DNA from: Candidatus Babelota bacterium
GTDB taxonomy: Bacteria > Babelota > Babeliae > Babelales > JABDEC01
DNA: 64,000 nt
Reading direction: 5' to 3'
NCBI GenBank assembly: GCA_013286795.1
Contig: JABDFA010000001.1
Coordinates: forward strand, 38,195-102,194
Below, piece after piece: positions 1 to 9,090 of this stretch. A model generated the notes under the pieces. It was not told the DNA's origin. It saw nothing but the letters and a program-made list of their open reading frames with translations, and did no database searches. The position numbers were made by a program, and so were the translations under genes. The first letter of the stretch is position 1; each line of letters starts with the position of its first letter.

Positions 1-957
1 GATAAAAATGTTGCTAGAAAAAAGGCATATATAAAACCTACACCACAAAGTCAGTTATTTTTAGTTAACGATCCTATATATAATAGAGATGATTGTTTAA
101 GACCATTTTATGAGTTGAAATTAGAGTTTGAAAGATTGGGTTATGATCTAATTCAAACAGAGTCTTTAGAAAATTTGGATGATGCTTCAATTATTATAAC
201 ACAAGATGTTCCTGTTAATGATCTAAAAACTTTATCTAAATATCCAAAAGAAAAATTGTTCTTGTATATGTGGGAACCCCCATCAGTTTTTGATTATAAT
301 TTTGAAAAAAAATATCATGATTATTACTCTAAGATTATTACCTGGGCGGATGATCTTGTGGATAATAAAAAGTATTTTAAATACCATTATCCTTACAAGA
401 GTAAAATGATAGACGACATTGTAAGTTTTGATAATAAAAAACTATGTACCATGATAGCGTCTAATAAACATTCTTCCTATAAAGATGAACTTTATTCAGA
501 AAAACGAAAAATAGTGGATTTCTTTGAAAAATTAAACAGTAATGATTTTGAATTTTATGGAATGTTATGGGATAAATCTCAATATAGAAATTTTAAGGGC
601 TACACTAAAAATAAATTAGATTGTTTAAAGAATTACAAGTTTTGTATTTGTTATGAAAATACTAAAAACTCAAATGGTTATATAACTGAAAAGATTTTTG
701 ATTGTTTTAAATCCGGTTCTGTTCCTGTTTATTGGGGAGCTCCTAATATTGAACAGTATATTCCTAAGAACTGTTTTATAGACCGCAGAGATTTCTCTAA
801 TGATGTTGAACTTTATATTTATATGAAGGCTATGACAAGAGAAAAATATCTAACCTACATAAATAATATAAGAAAATATTTGGAAAGCGAAAAATCTGAT
901 CTTTATTCAATAAAAAACTTTGTAAATGTTGTTACAAGTGTGTGTTTAAATAAATGA
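1..957 (+). CDS. GT10-family alpha-1,3/4-fucosyltransferase-like protein, 5' end cut by the window edge
   Basis: Frame 1 is open from nt 1, with no stop before the listed TTG at 115. 'YKFCICYENTKNSNGYITEKIFDCF..VPVYWGAP' fits the GT10 FxxxFENSxxxxYxTEK motif. Long collinear blocks are shared with the ORF at 22510-23595 (WEPP.., DDLVDNKKY, ELYSE(K/R)R..(V/I)DFFEKLN.NDF(E/D)FYGM.WDK). Confidence 0.75.
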   Translation, partial: DKNVARKKAYIKPTPQSQLFLVNDPIYNRDDCLRPFYELKLEFERLGYDLIQTESLENLDDASIIITQDVPVNDLKTLSKYPKEKLFLYMWEPPSVFDYNFEKKYHDYYSKIITWADDLVDNKKYFKYHYPYKSKMIDDIVSFDNKKLCTMIASNKHSSYKDELYSEKRKIVDFFEKLNSNDFEFYGMLWDKSQYRNFKGYTKNKLDCLKNYKFCICYENTKNSNGYITEKIFDCFKSGSVPVYWGAPNIEQYIPKNCFIDRRDFSNDVELYIYMKAMTREKYLTYINNIRKYLESEKSDLYSIKNFVNVVTSVCLNK

Positions 958-976
958 ACTTTATGCGTAATTAGAT

Positions 977-1136
977 CCGTTGTACCACTCATCCTTCGAT
1001 TCCGCGCTACGCTCTACACTCAGGATGACTGAATAAGAAATAAAATGTCCCGGTCTGAGCGAAGTCGAAGCATCGGGACGAGTAGATCTAGGTAATTTTC
1101 TTAGCGCTCGTGGTGAGCCTGTCGAACCATACGAGC
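977..1136. repeat. GC-rich composite palindromic repeat (rearranged modules of the CCGTTCG...CGAACGG element family)
   Basis: A GC-rich island sits between convergent genes in AT-rich DNA. It has two hairpins, GTCCCG-GTCTGAGCGAAGTCGAAGCA-TCGGGAC and GCTCGT-GGTGAGCCTGTCGAACCAT-ACGAGC. The modules CCTTCGAT..ACTCAGG and GTGGTGAG..TCGAACCAT recur in the 56089-56204 copy, and TCTGAGCGA..GTCGAAG recurs in the 42119 and 51149 copies. Confidence 0.6.
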
Positions 1137-1167
1137 TAATAAAGCTTTTCGTGATATTTTGTGCCTC

Positions 1168-1827
1168 TTACAAGATAATACATTCATGCTTTCTTATAGG
1201 ACGACTCAAAATTTTCCTGATAGTTGGATTTTCTGTAAGATCAATTGGTCTTTTACCTTTTTGGTCTTGCAAAATTGGATTCGCACCAAATCTAAGTAAT
1301 ATTTTAATTATATCAGGATGAACATTTTTTTCTGCTGCCCGATGCAACAATGTGACACCATATTCATTAGAATAATTGATATCAATACCTTTTAATAATA
1401 ACAATGATATTATTTTTTTAAAATTTTCCTTTGTTTCATCATTTATAAAATCAAATTCTTGTTCTTTATCTTCTTTTTCTTCTCTTTCTCCAAATATAGA
1501 AGGATATTTTCCTAAATTTGACATAGTATAACCTAAAGCACAATCACCAAAGCTATCAACTATACGGACATTGGCTCCATTATCAATTAATAATTTAACT
1601 ATTTTATAATTTAAATTTTTACAAGCCATCATTAAAGCTGTGTGTCTATGATTATTTTCATCTATCATAGGAAAATCAACATTGTATCCTGATTCTATTT
1701 GTTTTTTAACTTCAGAAAAATCATTATGCTCCGCCGCTTTAAATAATTCGCTTCCATATGTGCTTTGATAACAAAAAATAAATAAAAATATATAAATATA
1801 TTTTTTCTTTAAAATCTTATTAAACAT
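1168..1827 (-). CDS. Secreted ankyrin-repeat protein ending in a CaaX box (CIIL)
   Basis: The N-terminal leader is MFNKILKKKYIYIFLFIFCYQSTYG. ANK repeats include 'TALMMACKNLNYKIVKLLIDNGANV' and 'TLLHRAAEKNVHPDIIKILLRFGANP'. The C-terminus is 'RKHECIIL*'. Confidence 0.85.
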   Translation of the reverse strand: MFNKILKKKYIYIFLFIFCYQSTYGSELFKAAEHNDFSEVKKQIESGYNVDFPMIDENNHRHTALMMACKNLNYKIVKLLIDNGANVRIVDSFGDCALGYTMSNLGKYPSIFGEREEKEDKEQEFDFINDETKENFKKIISLLLLKGIDINYSNEYGVTLLHRAAEKNVHPDIIKILLRFGANPILQDQKGKRPIDLTENPTIRKILSRPIRKHECIIL

Positions 1828-2047
1828 TTATCTCCTTTTATTAAACAAATTTTTATATTTTAAACATTGCAAAGTTTAAATGTTTTTAAAAATAACTTCT
1901 ATAATTTTTAAATTTTTTTTTCAAAAATATCAAGGCTCTCAGAATATATATATTTACATTCATTACATGTCATAGTTATGAAAGTGGTTTTATAAGTACA
2001 AAAGCGATATAATTGGGGTACTGGAAATATAAATTTACAAAGATATT

Positions 2048-2719
2048 ATGACAAAAAAACCAATAGAGAATATCTATATTTATAGAACTATATATGAAAA
2101 TGTAATTGCAGTTATATTTTTTTTAGCACTTACTTTTGCGACCTTGAGTATTATTAAAGAAAAGTATGTCTTTTGTAACAAATTAATTATTATAAAACAT
2201 CTATTTTTTTTAACATTAGCTTTTGTTGGATTTGTATATTCATTATACAACTTTTTCTATAAATTTTTAAAAAGAAAAAGCCCAATCTTATTGCTAACTG
2301 CATGTTCTTTAACATATGAACATAACGATATTATAAAGAAAAGTAGGTTTACAGGACAAACGCAGGATGGTCCTGCATTTTTCAACCCATTTATTCAAGA
2401 ATCAATTTTATGGACCGATATAGAAAGTATAACAATTGAAAAATATAAACGAGTACCTGGTAGATATTCTGGAAGTCTTTATTTTTGTATTAATAAGAAA
2501 AAAAATACTGAATCTATTTTAATATCGCTAAAATCAGTTGATTTACCATTGTATTATTTGTGCAAGTTTTTTAAAGAATATAAACCAATAAAAATATATC
2601 CTAATAGCTTTCTTATAAAGATTAAATCATCTCGTTATTATACATATTATTATTCATGGCGTTATTTATTTTGGCTGGCATTAGCAATATGTTATTGTAT
2701 TTATAAACTAAAATATTAA
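2048..2719 (+). CDS. Hypothetical membrane protein
   Basis: Long ORF with several hydrophobic segments (e.g. VIAVIFFLALTFATLSII, LFFLTLAFVGFVYSLY, YLFWLALAICYCIY). No recognisable motif. Confidence 0.5.
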   Translation: MTKKPIENIYIYRTIYENVIAVIFFLALTFATLSIIKEKYVFCNKLIIIKHLFFLTLAFVGFVYSLYNFFYKFLKRKSPILLLTACSLTYEHNDIIKKSRFTGQTQDGPAFFNPFIQESILWTDIESITIEKYKRVPGRYSGSLYFCINKKKNTESILISLKSVDLPLYYLCKFFKEYKPIKIYPNSFLIKIKSSRYYTYYYSWRYLFWLALAICYCIYKLKY

Positions 2720-2735
2720 TTTTAAAAAAATAATT

Positions 2736-3089
2736 TTATATTTTTCTTTCAAATGGACGAGGATCAAAAAATAGTTCTACTTTTGAAATAAGATGATTTT
2801 TAAAATCCATTAAAACTGCTGTTCTAACATTTCCAATAGGCGCTGGACAATCCAAATCATAAATTAAAATTACCTGATCTTTTGAACCAATTACTGTGCG
2901 TATATTAAGTTTTTCAAAAACAGTCATGAAATATTTTATACCATTAACAACAGCTTTTTTTCCACTCATGTTGGTTAATGGTCCCATATACTCTACATTA
3001 GAGTCTAAGTACTTTTCTGCTTCTGCTAAATTTCTATTATTTATTGCTTCATAATAAGCTTTTGCAGAAATTATATTTTTTTCTGTCAT
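2736..3089 (-). CDS. SnoaL/NTF2-like small protein
   Basis: 117 aa. The N-terminus 'AKAYYEAINNRNLAEAEKYLDSNVEY' is typical of SnoaL-like/NTF2 fold proteins. It is transcribed divergently from the TetR gene. Confidence 0.55.
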   Translation of the reverse strand: MTEKNIISAKAYYEAINNRNLAEAEKYLDSNVEYMGPLTNMSGKKAVVNGIKYFMTVFEKLNIRTVIGSKDQVILIYDLDCPAPIGNVRTAVLMDFKNHLISKVELFFDPRPFERKI

Positions 3090-3127
3090 ATAGAGTTCCT
3101 TATGTTTTAATTGTGTTGAGAACTTAA

Positions 3128-3151
3128 TTAAATATAGTAAACTATATTTAA
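3128..3151. promoter_or_regulatory. Perfect 11-nt-arm palindrome, candidate TetR operator
   Basis: TTAAATATAGT-AA-ACTATATTTAA lies in the 91-nt divergent intergenic region between the SnoaL-like and TetR genes. Confidence 0.5.
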
Positions 3152-3180
3152 TATTTCAAGTACATAAAGGAAGACCAAGA

Positions 3181-3801
3181 ATGGTAATATCTAAAAGAGC
3201 CTACAACTTAGAAAAAAGGCAAGCTAAGGCTCAAAAAACAAAGGACCGTATTCTAGTTTCAGCAAAAGAGCTTTTTGAATCTAAAGGATTTGAAAAAGTA
3301 ACTATTGAAGAAATTGCTATCAGAGCAGAAGTATCTGGACCTACAGTTTATTCTATTTTTCAATCAAAAAGTGGAGTTTTAAAGGATTTAATTGATGTAG
3401 CTCTTCCCCAAAAACATTATGAATCAATTATTCAAAAACTGGAAAAGGAAAAATCTGTATCTAAGCGTCTTGAATTAACTGCCAAGCTTTCTCGCCAAAT
3501 TTATGATGCAGAGAAAGAGCAATTAGGGTTGTTACCGGATGTATCAATTTTAAATTCAGAGCTTAAAAATCTAGAATTTGAGCGGGAACAAAGACGTTAC
3601 AAACGACAAGAAGAATCAATCAAAAGATTTAAAGAAAAAAACTTATTAGGAGAACTCAATACATCAAAAGCAAGAGATATTTTATGGGCTTTCACTGGTA
3701 GAGATTTTTACCGAATGTTAGTAATTGAGCGAGGTTGGTCTTCAGATGAATATGAAAAATGGTTGGCTAATATGTTGGTACAGATTTTACTTAAACCATA
3801 A
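3181..3801 (+). CDS. TetR/AcrR-family transcriptional regulator
   Basis: The N-terminal HTH 'ILVSAKELFESKGFEKVTIEEIAIRAEVSGPTVYSIFQSKSGVL' is a classic TetR_N signature. Confidence 0.85.
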   Translation: MVISKRAYNLEKRQAKAQKTKDRILVSAKELFESKGFEKVTIEEIAIRAEVSGPTVYSIFQSKSGVLKDLIDVALPQKHYESIIQKLEKEKSVSKRLELTAKLSRQIYDAEKEQLGLLPDVSILNSELKNLEFEREQRRYKRQEESIKRFKEKNLLGELNTSKARDILWAFTGRDFYRMLVIERGWSSDEYEKWLANMLVQILLKP

Positions 3802-3818
3802 AATCGAATTAAATAAAA

Positions 3819-4505
3819 ATGATAATACAAGAACAATCACAAGAAATCTGTTTTCAAATAGATTATAAAGTTCTGGAAAAAAAAGGGATCGTGATAGTAG
3901 GATTGAGTCCAGAAAACAGTTATTTCAAAAAAGAAACTATTCATGAACTTCTTAGTTTTCTGACAAATTTATTTTCTATGCTAAGAATAATGATTCCCGA
4001 TAAGCCTATACTACATACTTATAAAGCTCTTGGATATTCTATTCAAAAAGCCGAAAGAAAAGCTCGATTAAATGGAAATACCTTAAAAAATCATTGTAAT
4101 AATAGCATCAATGAAATATTAAAAATTCAATCTAATAAAGATATAAAAATTATTAATTGGGAACTTGAAATCGAATCTGAAGAAAATTATTTGCACGAAC
4201 TAAAAGCTTTATTTGCATTATATCAAAGCAAAACTTTATTTTATGAAGATGTGCGATCGACTAAATGGCAAGTTATTAAAAAAAATATGAAGGACCATTC
4301 AGACATAGAAAAATCATTAGATGAAGCTGTTATTTACCTGCTGAAAGAATTAGCATTTATTTTAGCTAGTCCACTTATGTTTAAAGTAGAAAATATAGCA
4401 TTTGTATATCATACAAATTGGCCTCCTTTTGAAAATCTTATTGCTGGGAAATATGATGGCAAAATAAGAAAGAATATAGGATTTCTTATTTGTGTAAAAA
4501 AATAA
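3819..4505 (+). CDS. tRNA-dependent cyclodipeptide synthase (CDPS, NYH-type)
   Basis: 228 aa. 'VIVGLSPENSYFK' matches the catalytic-Ser pocket of AlbC/YvmC (GISxxNSxF). 'ALGYSIQKAERKAR', 'YLLKELAFILASP' (Y..E) and 'FVYHTNWP' (YH) are collinear with the remembered AlbC/YvmC sequences. The gene starts 17 nt after the TetR stop. Confidence 0.8.
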   Translation: MIIQEQSQEICFQIDYKVLEKKGIVIVGLSPENSYFKKETIHELLSFLTNLFSMLRIMIPDKPILHTYKALGYSIQKAERKARLNGNTLKNHCNNSINEILKIQSNKDIKIINWELEIESEENYLHELKALFALYQSKTLFYEDVRSTKWQVIKKNMKDHSDIEKSLDEAVIYLLKELAFILASPLMFKVENIAFVYHTNWPPFENLIAGKYDGKIRKNIGFLICVKK

Positions 4506-4625
4506 AATTTAATCTATATACCTGGAAATTTGGGTAAATTTAATAAAATCGGCAAACGCATTGATTTTCTATTTGTATTTGATATAATATAGATTATTGT
4601 AATATATTATTTTTTAGGAGGTTTT

Positions 4626-5228
4626 ATGAAATTAAGATTATTTTTATCAGTGGCAATAGCTTTATTAATTGTTCCCACAATCAGCTTATCTATGATTAAA
4701 AAGCATAGAAGCCCACAAGAAAAATTATTTAAAGGTACAAGGTATAATGATTTAAATTTGGTACAAGAAGCTCTAGCAGAAGGAGCAGATGTTAATGCAA
4801 AAAATGACATTGGAAAAACTCCTTTAAATATCATAATCGATCATAACGGTTTTCGGAGTTCCAAAAATTCAGATATCGTATTATTAAAAATTATCGAATT
4901 ATTATTAAAGTCAGGCGCACATGTTAATGAAAAAAATAACTATGGCAACACTCCTCTTTATAGTCTGATTCGATTAAATTATGATCCTAATATTATTGAA
5001 ATGTTATTAAATGCAGGTGCTGATATTAATATTGGAAGCTCATATGAAGAAACTATTGGTGAGACTGCTTTAGATGTAGCAAAAGCAAAAAACAATGAAA
5101 AAATAATTAGGCTTCTTACAAAATGGTTAAAAGAATTAAGAAAAAAAGCTAAAGAAGAAACAGCTGCCTATTTAATACCTGATATTAGTGATATAGTTTG
5201 TGATTATGTTGTTGGCTCAAAAAAGTAA
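4626..5228 (+). CDS. Secreted ankyrin-repeat protein with the conserved C-terminal tail motif
   Basis: RBS AGGAGG lies upstream. The leader is MKLRLFLSVAIALLIVPTISLS. ANK repeats include 'TPLNIIIDHNG..', 'TPLYSLIRLNYDPNIIEMLLNAGADIN'. The tail is 'YLIPDISDIVCDYVVGSKK*'. Confidence 0.85.
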   Translation: MKLRLFLSVAIALLIVPTISLSMIKKHRSPQEKLFKGTRYNDLNLVQEALAEGADVNAKNDIGKTPLNIIIDHNGFRSSKNSDIVLLKIIELLLKSGAHVNEKNNYGNTPLYSLIRLNYDPNIIEMLLNAGADINIGSSYEETIGETALDVAKAKNNEKIIRLLTKWLKELRKKAKEETAAYLIPDISDIVCDYVVGSKK

Positions 5229-5390
5229 GATTAATTTGTTGTCCTGATTTGTTATATAATTGTTGTTGTTAATTTTTCTAGGCAATCTGATAAACTAGAT
5301 CTATATCTCGTGTTAATTATTTAATGAATGATGTAAAAGTAATATTTAATTCTGGATTTGATAGTAAAATTTCAAGAAAGAAAAAACTAG

Positions 5391-5810
5391 ATGAATAAAA
5401 ATTATTCTTTATCAAAAATATTGTTGCCATTATGTTTATTTATATTTTGTAAATCTAATTCGCAAGAGTATCAAGAAACTGTAGGTTTGATAGCTTCATT
5501 TTCCTCAGGAGTATTGGTGCCATTTTTAGCGAAAGATATAGAAAAATCTATTGCGCCATATTTAAGCCCATGTATAGAAAAAATCTTTGGCTCTTCAGCA
5601 AAATATGTTATAACTAAGCCTGATGAGTTAGGAATAAGCAGACTTTTAGAAAAAAAATTCATTTTAAAATTATTGATAATGATATCATTAAATCAAGTGA
5701 GTAAATACTTGTGTGTTAACCATACATCTATGCTCATTAAATCATCGATAGTTGGATGCATATTTGGGTATATAATAAAAAATTTCTACTTAAAATTTTA
5801 TTCAGTTTAA
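5391..5810 (+). CDS. Hypothetical protein with an N-terminal leader
   Basis: ORF only. The leader is ILLPLCLFIFCKSNS. No motif recognised. Confidence 0.35.
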   Translation: MNKNYSLSKILLPLCLFIFCKSNSQEYQETVGLIASFSSGVLVPFLAKDIEKSIAPYLSPCIEKIFGSSAKYVITKPDELGISRLLEKKFILKLLIMISLNQVSKYLCVNHTSMLIKSSIVGCIFGYIIKNFYLKFYSV

Positions 5811-6232
5811 TTATTTAGTGATTTAAAAGTCATAATTAAAGCCATTAAACAAGTTAATCCAAGAATAATATATCCAACATCTGGTACAGGTCTATTTTTT
5901 TTAGGTGGTAAAAATCTTAACGTAACTTTATGATCAATTTCTGTATCTTCAACAAAAACTTTTGGCCAACCAAATAAATACGGTAGCCACCAAGTGTTGA
6001 TATGACCAAAAAGAATAAGAGACAAATATAAGATTAAAAATATTTTAAAATAAAAACCATAAAAGAAACTTCCTAAAATTAAGATCATTAATAGGACCCA
6101 ATTTATAAATAAAAAAAGTTTCCATGTAGGTTTATTTGGGAACTTATCAATATCATTTACGGGAGGAATTGGAATAAAGTGTATTATAAAGAACCAAATT
6201 GCAAAAACAAGTTGATATATTATTGTATTCAT
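5807..6232 (-). CDS. Hypothetical polytopic membrane protein
   Basis: 141 aa with about four hydrophobic helices. Its stop overlaps the neighbouring ORF by 4 nt. Confidence 0.5.
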   Translation of the reverse strand: MNTIIYQLVFAIWFFIIHFIPIPPVNDIDKFPNKPTWKLFLFINWVLLMILILGSFFYGFYFKIFLILYLSLILFGHINTWWLPYLFGWPKVFVEDTEIDHKVTLRFLPPKKNRPVPDVGYIILGLTCLMALIMTFKSLNN

Positions 6233-6259
6233 ATTAATTTCTCTTTTATTAAAAAATGG

Positions 6260-7048
6260 TTAAAATATTTTATAAAAAAGATAGTCAGGTAAAAGTTTAA
6301 TTAACCACGCGATTAATCTCCATCTTTTAGTAACATAAGCATGGTTTCTTTTTTGTTCAATTGTATCACAAATTTGCGTAGCTGCTTTTTCTGGTGAAGC
6401 TTTCCAAAAATCAGATGATTTACCCATTTGAGTATCTACAAAACCAGGTTGAATATCAGTGACATGTATGTTTTTATTTAATCTCTTAAATTTTTCTCTT
6501 AATCCTTGTAAATAACTTGAAACAAAAGCTTTAGATGCGCTATAAATAGGAGCATCCGCAAAACCTCTAAGCGCAGCAATAGAAGATATGCCAACTATGT
6601 GTCCTTTATTTTGATTTAAAAAATATTGTGTTGCTACATTAACCATAGCTGTAAAACCTAAAACATTAACATCTATGATTTCTTTTTGTTTTTGCCAATC
6701 TAAATCCAAATTACCTGTTCCTGAACTTACAACAATTAAATCTAGGCCTTCCAATTCACCAATAAGATTTATTAAATCTTTTTGAGCTAATTCTGGTTTT
6801 GATATGTCCATAACCTTTATAAAAACATTTGAGCCAATATTTTTCTGTAAATCTTCAAGCAGATTTTTTCTACGGCCTGTAATACCAATTATATAACCGC
6901 GTTTTGATAATTCTTTAGCCACAGCTTCACCTATACCAGAAGAAGACCCAATAATTATTGCTTTTTTGGAATAATTTGATTCACCTGGAATTAGTGAAAA
7001 TGCATGTAAGATAAAAAATAATGAATAAAACAAATATTTTCTATACAT
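6260..7048 (-). CDS. Short-chain dehydrogenase/reductase (SDR) with an N-terminal leader
   Basis: The cofactor motif 'AIIIGSSSGIGEAVAKEL' (TGxxxGIG-like) and the catalytic 'YSASKAFV' (YxxxK) are present. The leader is MYRKYLFYSLFFILHAFSLIPG. Confidence 0.85.
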   Translation of the reverse strand: MYRKYLFYSLFFILHAFSLIPGESNYSKKAIIIGSSSGIGEAVAKELSKRGYIIGITGRRKNLLEDLQKNIGSNVFIKVMDISKPELAQKDLINLIGELEGLDLIVVSSGTGNLDLDWQKQKEIIDVNVLGFTAMVNVATQYFLNQNKGHIVGISSIAALRGFADAPIYSASKAFVSSYLQGLREKFKRLNKNIHVTDIQPGFVDTQMGKSSDFWKASPEKAATQICDTIEQKRNHAYVTKRWRLIAWLIKLLPDYLFYKIF

Positions 7049-7055
7049 GAAATTG

Positions 7056-7541
7056 CTATAATAATAAAAGAATTTGATTATAAAACTCTTTTAAAGATAT
7101 ATAAAATTTTGAGGTAGACAAGTTTCTAATATAGCGAACTTTATCTCTGTAATCAGTATCTTTTTCATCTAAAATATTTATCTCTTTTTTTAAAGTTTCT
7201 CTTTGTTGAATTGCTTCAGCGATAGCTTCTTTATCAATAAAATGTAGAGTGTCACCAATATTGTTTGAAAATGATTTAAACTGAATTAGACAATCAGTAA
7301 GTGAATCAAGTCCATCGAAATATTCTTGCCATGTTGCCCAACCACGTGAAGAATTAATAAACTCATTAATTTTTTTTATAAGTTCATTACATGTATTAAT
7401 TCGTTCATTTAATTGTTCTTTTAAGTTTTTAGTATCATCTTGATTAAGTGTGCAAATCTTAGATTTTATAGTTGCAACAGTAGAATAGTTTGAAGAAAAA
7501 GTTAAAGAAATAGTGCAAAGTAATAATGTTTTTTTAAACAT
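7056..7541 (-). CDS. Hypothetical secreted coiled-coil protein
   Basis: The leader is MFKKTLLLCTISLTFSS. The remainder is a heptad-like helical sequence. Confidence 0.45.
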   Translation of the reverse strand: MFKKTLLLCTISLTFSSNYSTVATIKSKICTLNQDDTKNLKEQLNERINTCNELIKKINEFINSSRGWATWQEYFDGLDSLTDCLIQFKSFSNNIGDTLHFIDKEAIAEAIQQRETLKKEINILDEKDTDYRDKVRYIRNLSTSKFYISLKEFYNQILLLL

Positions 7542-7576
7542 CGAATACTCCTAAGTTAAAAGGTTCAAAAAATAAA

Positions 7577-8089
7577 TTAATACATTACATGTCGTATTTT
7601 ATATACAATTTCTTTGTCACAAACAAAAACCTCATAATCTTTTTGAAGTTTTTCATATAAATGGCAATAGCATTCATCTGCATGATAATAAATATTTCGA
7701 ATGACAAGAGACTTTTTATTTTTTAAATAAATTGCAATATCACCATTACAAAGTCTAAACTTATCAATAAACGCTTCACGTGAACTGCTAGTACCACTAA
7801 CAATGTTCAATTTCCCTTCATTAATATCCTCTTTTGAAATATTTAATTCTTTAAAACTTTCTTCTATACATTTAAATTCAGAAAGCAAACGATTGTAGTT
7901 ACTGTTTTTTGATTGAATATATTTATAAAGAGCAAAAACTGAAGAAATAGTAGCGATGCTACCAATAGAGGCTATTTTTTGCGTTACACTTAAATTACCA
8001 TACAAATTTTTTAGTTGCTCAACATTAATAGCTTTAGCCTGTGATGCACAGATTAATGAAATTAAAAATAAAGTTTTGTTAAATTTCAT
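7577..8089 (-). CDS. Hypothetical secreted protein
   Basis: The leader is MKFNKTLFLISLICASQAKA, with an AKA cleavage-like site. No motif recognised. Confidence 0.45.
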   Translation of the reverse strand: MKFNKTLFLISLICASQAKAINVEQLKNLYGNLSVTQKIASIGSIATISSVFALYKYIQSKNSNYNRLLSEFKCIEESFKELNISKEDINEGKLNIVSGTSSSREAFIDKFRLCNGDIAIYLKNKKSLVIRNIYYHADECYCHLYEKLQKDYEVFVCDKEIVYKIRHVMY

Positions 8090-8326
8090 AAAATTCCCTA
8101 TATTTAAAGTCTGATAAAATACCTTATAATCATATTATCATGGTATTTTTATAAAGCAAAAGCTACCACATAGAATTTTTAAACATGTTTATTAATGAGG
8201 TTTATAAGGTTATTTTATCCCGATGATTTATTTCGATCTGTAAATAAACCTTTTCAAGTTGTTATTTTATAGTTTTATACTATACTTAAATGAGTAATTA
8301 TAATTAATGATTATAGGGGTCATTTT

Positions 8327-9022
8327 ATGAGCTATTTTACCAAAATTTCAATATCTATATTATTTTTAACATTATGTACAACAGGAATTGTATATCTTTA
8401 TCAAAGCGTAAAAAATAAAAATATATATTTAGCAGAATTAGATAAAAAAATTGAAGAAATGGATAATAATTTTGAATCTGCTAGTAACGATAATGCGTCT
8501 TTAGAGTTAAAAACTCTTATAAATCTTTTTGATCTTTATCATAAAATAGACAACTTTGAAAAAGATCTAGAAAAATATAATGATAAGGAAGATGGTTTTA
8601 TACAAATAAATTGCGCTGTTGAAAAACTAAAGATTCAACTTAATATAGTACATAAACTTCTTAAAGGTTTTCTTGAATTTGAAAACGATGAGGTTGTTAA
8701 GAATCTAATCTCAGTAATTAAAAATATGGATTGCACATTCAAGAAAATTCTTAATATGGACAAAATATTAAAAATAAAACTTGAGCAAGCTTCTACTCGT
8801 AATGAAAAAGCTCAAGCAGCTATTGAATCGCTATCTGATGCATCTCAATACGGTGAAGAAATGAAGGTCAATCATTATGAATTTTTTATTATTGCATCGG
8901 AGTTTTTCAATAAATATATTAATATATTAAATGACGAAGAAAGAAATAGTTTTTATAAAATTTTGAATGATCAAGATAAAAAAAGAGTTTACAACAATAT
9001 TTATGAACTACTAATACATTAA
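8327..9022 (+). CDS. Hypothetical N-terminally anchored coiled-coil protein
   Basis: The hydrophobic segment ISISILFLTLCTTGIVYLY is followed by a Lys/Glu/Asn-rich helical sequence. Confidence 0.45.
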   Translation: MSYFTKISISILFLTLCTTGIVYLYQSVKNKNIYLAELDKKIEEMDNNFESASNDNASLELKTLINLFDLYHKIDNFEKDLEKYNDKEDGFIQINCAVEKLKIQLNIVHKLLKGFLEFENDEVVKNLISVIKNMDCTFKKILNMDKILKIKLEQASTRNEKAQAAIESLSDASQYGEEMKVNHYEFFIIASEFFNKYINILNDEERNSFYKILNDQDKKRVYNNIYELLIH

Positions 9023-9090
9023 CATAGTTATGTAAAAAGTTTATAATCTAATAAAGCATAATAATTAAACAAAGAGAATTCTTTTTATTT

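Noticed and set aside
4494-4505. C-terminal 'CVKK' of the CDPS as a CaaX box.
   Set aside because: The a2 and X positions are Lys, so this is not a prenylation motif.
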